Shown: piece by piece, positions 62,105 to 64,000 of the stretch
Numbering within the stretch: position 1 is the first letter of the stretch
Layout of the letters: every line of letters starts with the position of its first letter
Source of the DNA: Callorhinchus milii
Taxonomy: Eukaryota
Assembly: GCF_018977255.1 (NCBI RefSeq)
Contig: NW_024704743.1
Location: 20,834,001-20,898,000 of the forward strand
Direction: 5' to 3'
DNA length: 64,000 nucleotides
Position numbers and translations under genes: made by a program
Notes under the pieces: generated by a model
Seen by the model: only the letters and a program-made list of their open reading frames with translations
The model's database searches: none
What the model was told of the DNA's origin: nothing

Positions 62105-63358
62105 TCAGGGCTCTGTCCCTGGTCCTCTCCTCTTCAATATTTACATGCTCCCTCTTGGTGAATCATCTGCTGATGTGGGGTCAACCTCCATACGTATGCG
62201 GATGACACCCAACTCTATCTTTCTGCCTCCACTCTCAGTCTCCAGGACCGCTGCTGTCCTGACGGAATGTCAGACATCAAGTCCTGGATGAGAGCTAACT
62301 TTCTCCAGTTGAATATGAACAAGAACGAGGCTCTCCTGATTGGCTCCCGTCAGCGCCTCCGCATCTCAGGCACTGGCAGAATCATCCACGGATTCAGACT
62401 CCACCTCACTGAGCCAGTCCAGAACCTTGGCATCTTGTTTGACCCTCAACTGTCCTTTCTATCCAACATCCGTGCCATGACCCGCTCTGCCTTCATCCAC
62501 CTGTGCAACATTGCCCGGCTCCACCACTGCCTCTCCCCTCAGGGAAACGCTCATATGTTTCGCCCATAAAGTACACACCGTCAATCCACTTTACAGTATA
62601 TTCTGTGAAGCACTTTGAGACGCATCGAAGACGTGATAAGGCGCTACATCAAATGTAAGGATTTTTATTATTATTGCCCGCATTCATTTCATCCAGGCTC
62701 GACTATGCCAACTCCCTGCTTGTCGGCCTTCCCAACTCTTCCCTCCCACAAGTTGCAGATCATCCAGAACTCTGCAGCTCGTGTCCTCTCCCGCACCAGG
62801 GTCCATAACCCCATCTTCTCCATTCTCGCCCGACTCCGCCACTGGCTCCCCATCCCCCAGAGGATAGAATTCAAAATCCTCGTCCTTGCCTTCAAGACCC
62901 TCTACGGCCCTGCCCCTTGCTACCTCTATGACCTGCCAACCCCATACTAACCCGTCCACTACCTCTGGTCCGCAGGCTCTGGACTGCTCCGTGTCCCCCG
63001 CCCGGCCCGGCCCGGCCCGCCACACCATCGGCGGTCTGGCCTTCAGCCCCTCCGCGCCCCACCCCCCCAACCCCGCTCCATCCTTCGGAACTCCATCTCA
63101 CGAGTCCCTTGGCCTCGCCCCTCCTTTTGCCTCCTTCAAAACACGTCTCGCGTCCCTGCTCTTCGGCCGCGCGTTCGGCCACCCCACCCCACCACCCCCC
63201 CACCCACCCTCACCCCCACCCACCCCCCACCCACCCCCTGCCCTCCCTCCCAAACCCAAACCCCTGTTCCCCTGTCCAAGTCCGCGACTGTCCAGCGCCT
63301 TGGGACGCCCTCCCGACGCGAAAGGTCGCTTCGCAAGTGCAGTCTGTTGTCGTCGTCA
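62105..63358 (+). mobile_element. L2 LINE 3' fragment with a SINE-tail insert (~62555-62675), running into the CpG island
   Basis: tatgcggatgacacccaactc (YADDTQL), DIKSWMRANFLQLN, IEFKILVLAFK; GC-shifted tail at 63288-63358. Confidence 0.9.
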
Positions 63359-63691
63359 TTGGGCGTGTCAGCTTACACCTTAAGTGCGCTCAAAGTCCCG
63401 ACGTGGGGGTGGGGTGGGGGGTGGGTTTGAAGCCACAACCCCTTCTGACTCAGGGAGGCGAGAGCGCCGACTCGCAGCCCCCACGGCCGACACGACACCC
63501 GCAGCGGAGATAAACAGAAGACGCCACAAACTTTTTTGAGTCCGTGGCGGAAACTTCTGCTCCGAGAGCCGCACCGTGGCCGCCGGGGGCGCGTCGCAGC
63601 CGCTCAGCCTTCGGCTCGAGAGGGCCGACAGCCAGAAAGTAACCCGCCCCCTCTCCCCGGTGCGGCAGATAGAAATCTTTTGATACGTTAC

Positions 63692-63789
63692 ACGGGAAAA
63701 CAGCCCTCCCCGAACGAGTAGGCGAGGAGCTCGAGCAGGTCCTCGTCGTTGCTGTAGATGGTCTTCATGGGATCGCTCGCCGCCTCCAT
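63692..63789 (-). CDS. C10orf67: C10orf67 orthologue, coding exon 1 (MEAASDPMKTIYSNDEDLLELLAYSFGEGCFP-)
   Basis: ATG at 63789 (agaATGG, good Kozak context) inside the CpG island. The frame stops at 63690, so a donor must precede it. GT|GTAACG at 63692/63691 gives 98 nt (phase 2), matching exon 2. The donor is weak; TC|GTTCGG is an alternative phase-2 site. Confidence 0.6.
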
Positions 63790-63801
63790 TCTTCGGGGCC
63801 G

Positions 63802-63843
63802 CTCTCTCTCTCTCTCCTCTCTCTCTCACTCACTCACTCACTC
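63802..63843. repeat. (CT)n/(CTCA)n microsatellite in the putative 5' UTR
   Basis: ctctctctctctctcctctctctctcactcactcactcactc. Confidence 0.9.
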
Positions 63844-63865
63844 CGGCGCCTCTCCAGCCTCCGCC

Positions 63866-63879
63866 GTCACCATAGCAAC
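63866..63879. promoter_or_regulatory. RFX X-box motif GTCACCATAGCAAC
   Basis: Matches the RFX consensus GTNRCC(N0-3)RGYAAC, 77 bp upstream of the ATG. Confidence 0.7.
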
Positions 63880-63936
63880 CAGACCGCACCACAGCGCACA
63901 CACCACCACCCTCCCTCCCTCCCTCCCGAACCCGTC

Positions 63937-63970
63937 TGCGCCTGCGTCAAAATGGTAGCACGCATGCGCA
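63937..63970. promoter_or_regulatory. NRF1-like motifs (TGCGCCTGCG at 63937; CACGCATGCGCA at 63959) flanking a YY1-like CAAAATGG
   Basis: Direct motif matches inside the CpG island. Confidence 0.55.
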
Positions 63971-64000
63971 ACCCTCCCCCACCCCACCACCACCATCTCC

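Larger units (their letters stand above)
62930..64000. promoter_or_regulatory. CpG island / promoter of C10orf67
   Basis: Abrupt rise in GC content and CpG density relative to the AT-rich, CpG-poor remainder; surrounds the ATG exon. Confidence 0.85.

Noticed and set aside
63109..63829. Several 100-165 aa ORFs in the GC-rich end
   Set aside because: Low-complexity Pro/Arg/Gly translations expected from stop-poor CpG-island and repeat DNA.
1..64000. CRISPR arrays, operons or prokaryotic defence systems
   Set aside because: The sequence is intron-rich vertebrate DNA, with no regularly spaced repeat-spacer array or compact gene cluster.

Overview
Vertebrate nuclear DNA, very likely from a cartilaginous fish and probably a holocephalan (chimaera or elephant shark). 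This is inferred from the repeat content: dense L2 LINE fragments, tRNA-Ala-derived SINEs with L2-type tails, Deu-domain SINEs and CR1 fragments. The window is almost entirely one minus-strand gene, an orthologue of human C10orf67 (coiled-coil protein, DUF4709/DUF4724). I traced 13 GT-AG coding exons by hand, from a CpG-island promoter at ~63.8-64 kb down to position 1219. All phases match and the exons give 431 stop-free codons; the 3' end is uncertain or lies off-window. Almost all long ORFs in the supplied track are L2 or SINE debris or antisense shadows. I see no multi-gene novel system. The most interesting unexplained signals are: (i) three locally templated insertions, each landing inside a SINE; (ii) strong AT-to-GC substitution bias in an L2 tail inside the promoter CpG island; (iii) two Penelope-type minimal hammerhead ribozyme motifs on the pre-mRNA strand of intron 9; (iv) a ~1.3 kb decayed reading frame of unknown origin in intron 5; (v) an 80-nt hairpin whose substitutions are G-U compatible on one strand only; (vi) a consensus RFX X-box in the promoter and several motif-dense intronic blocks that may be enhancers of PTF1A, the neighbouring gene in human. 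Repeat boundaries are approximate and were read by eye.
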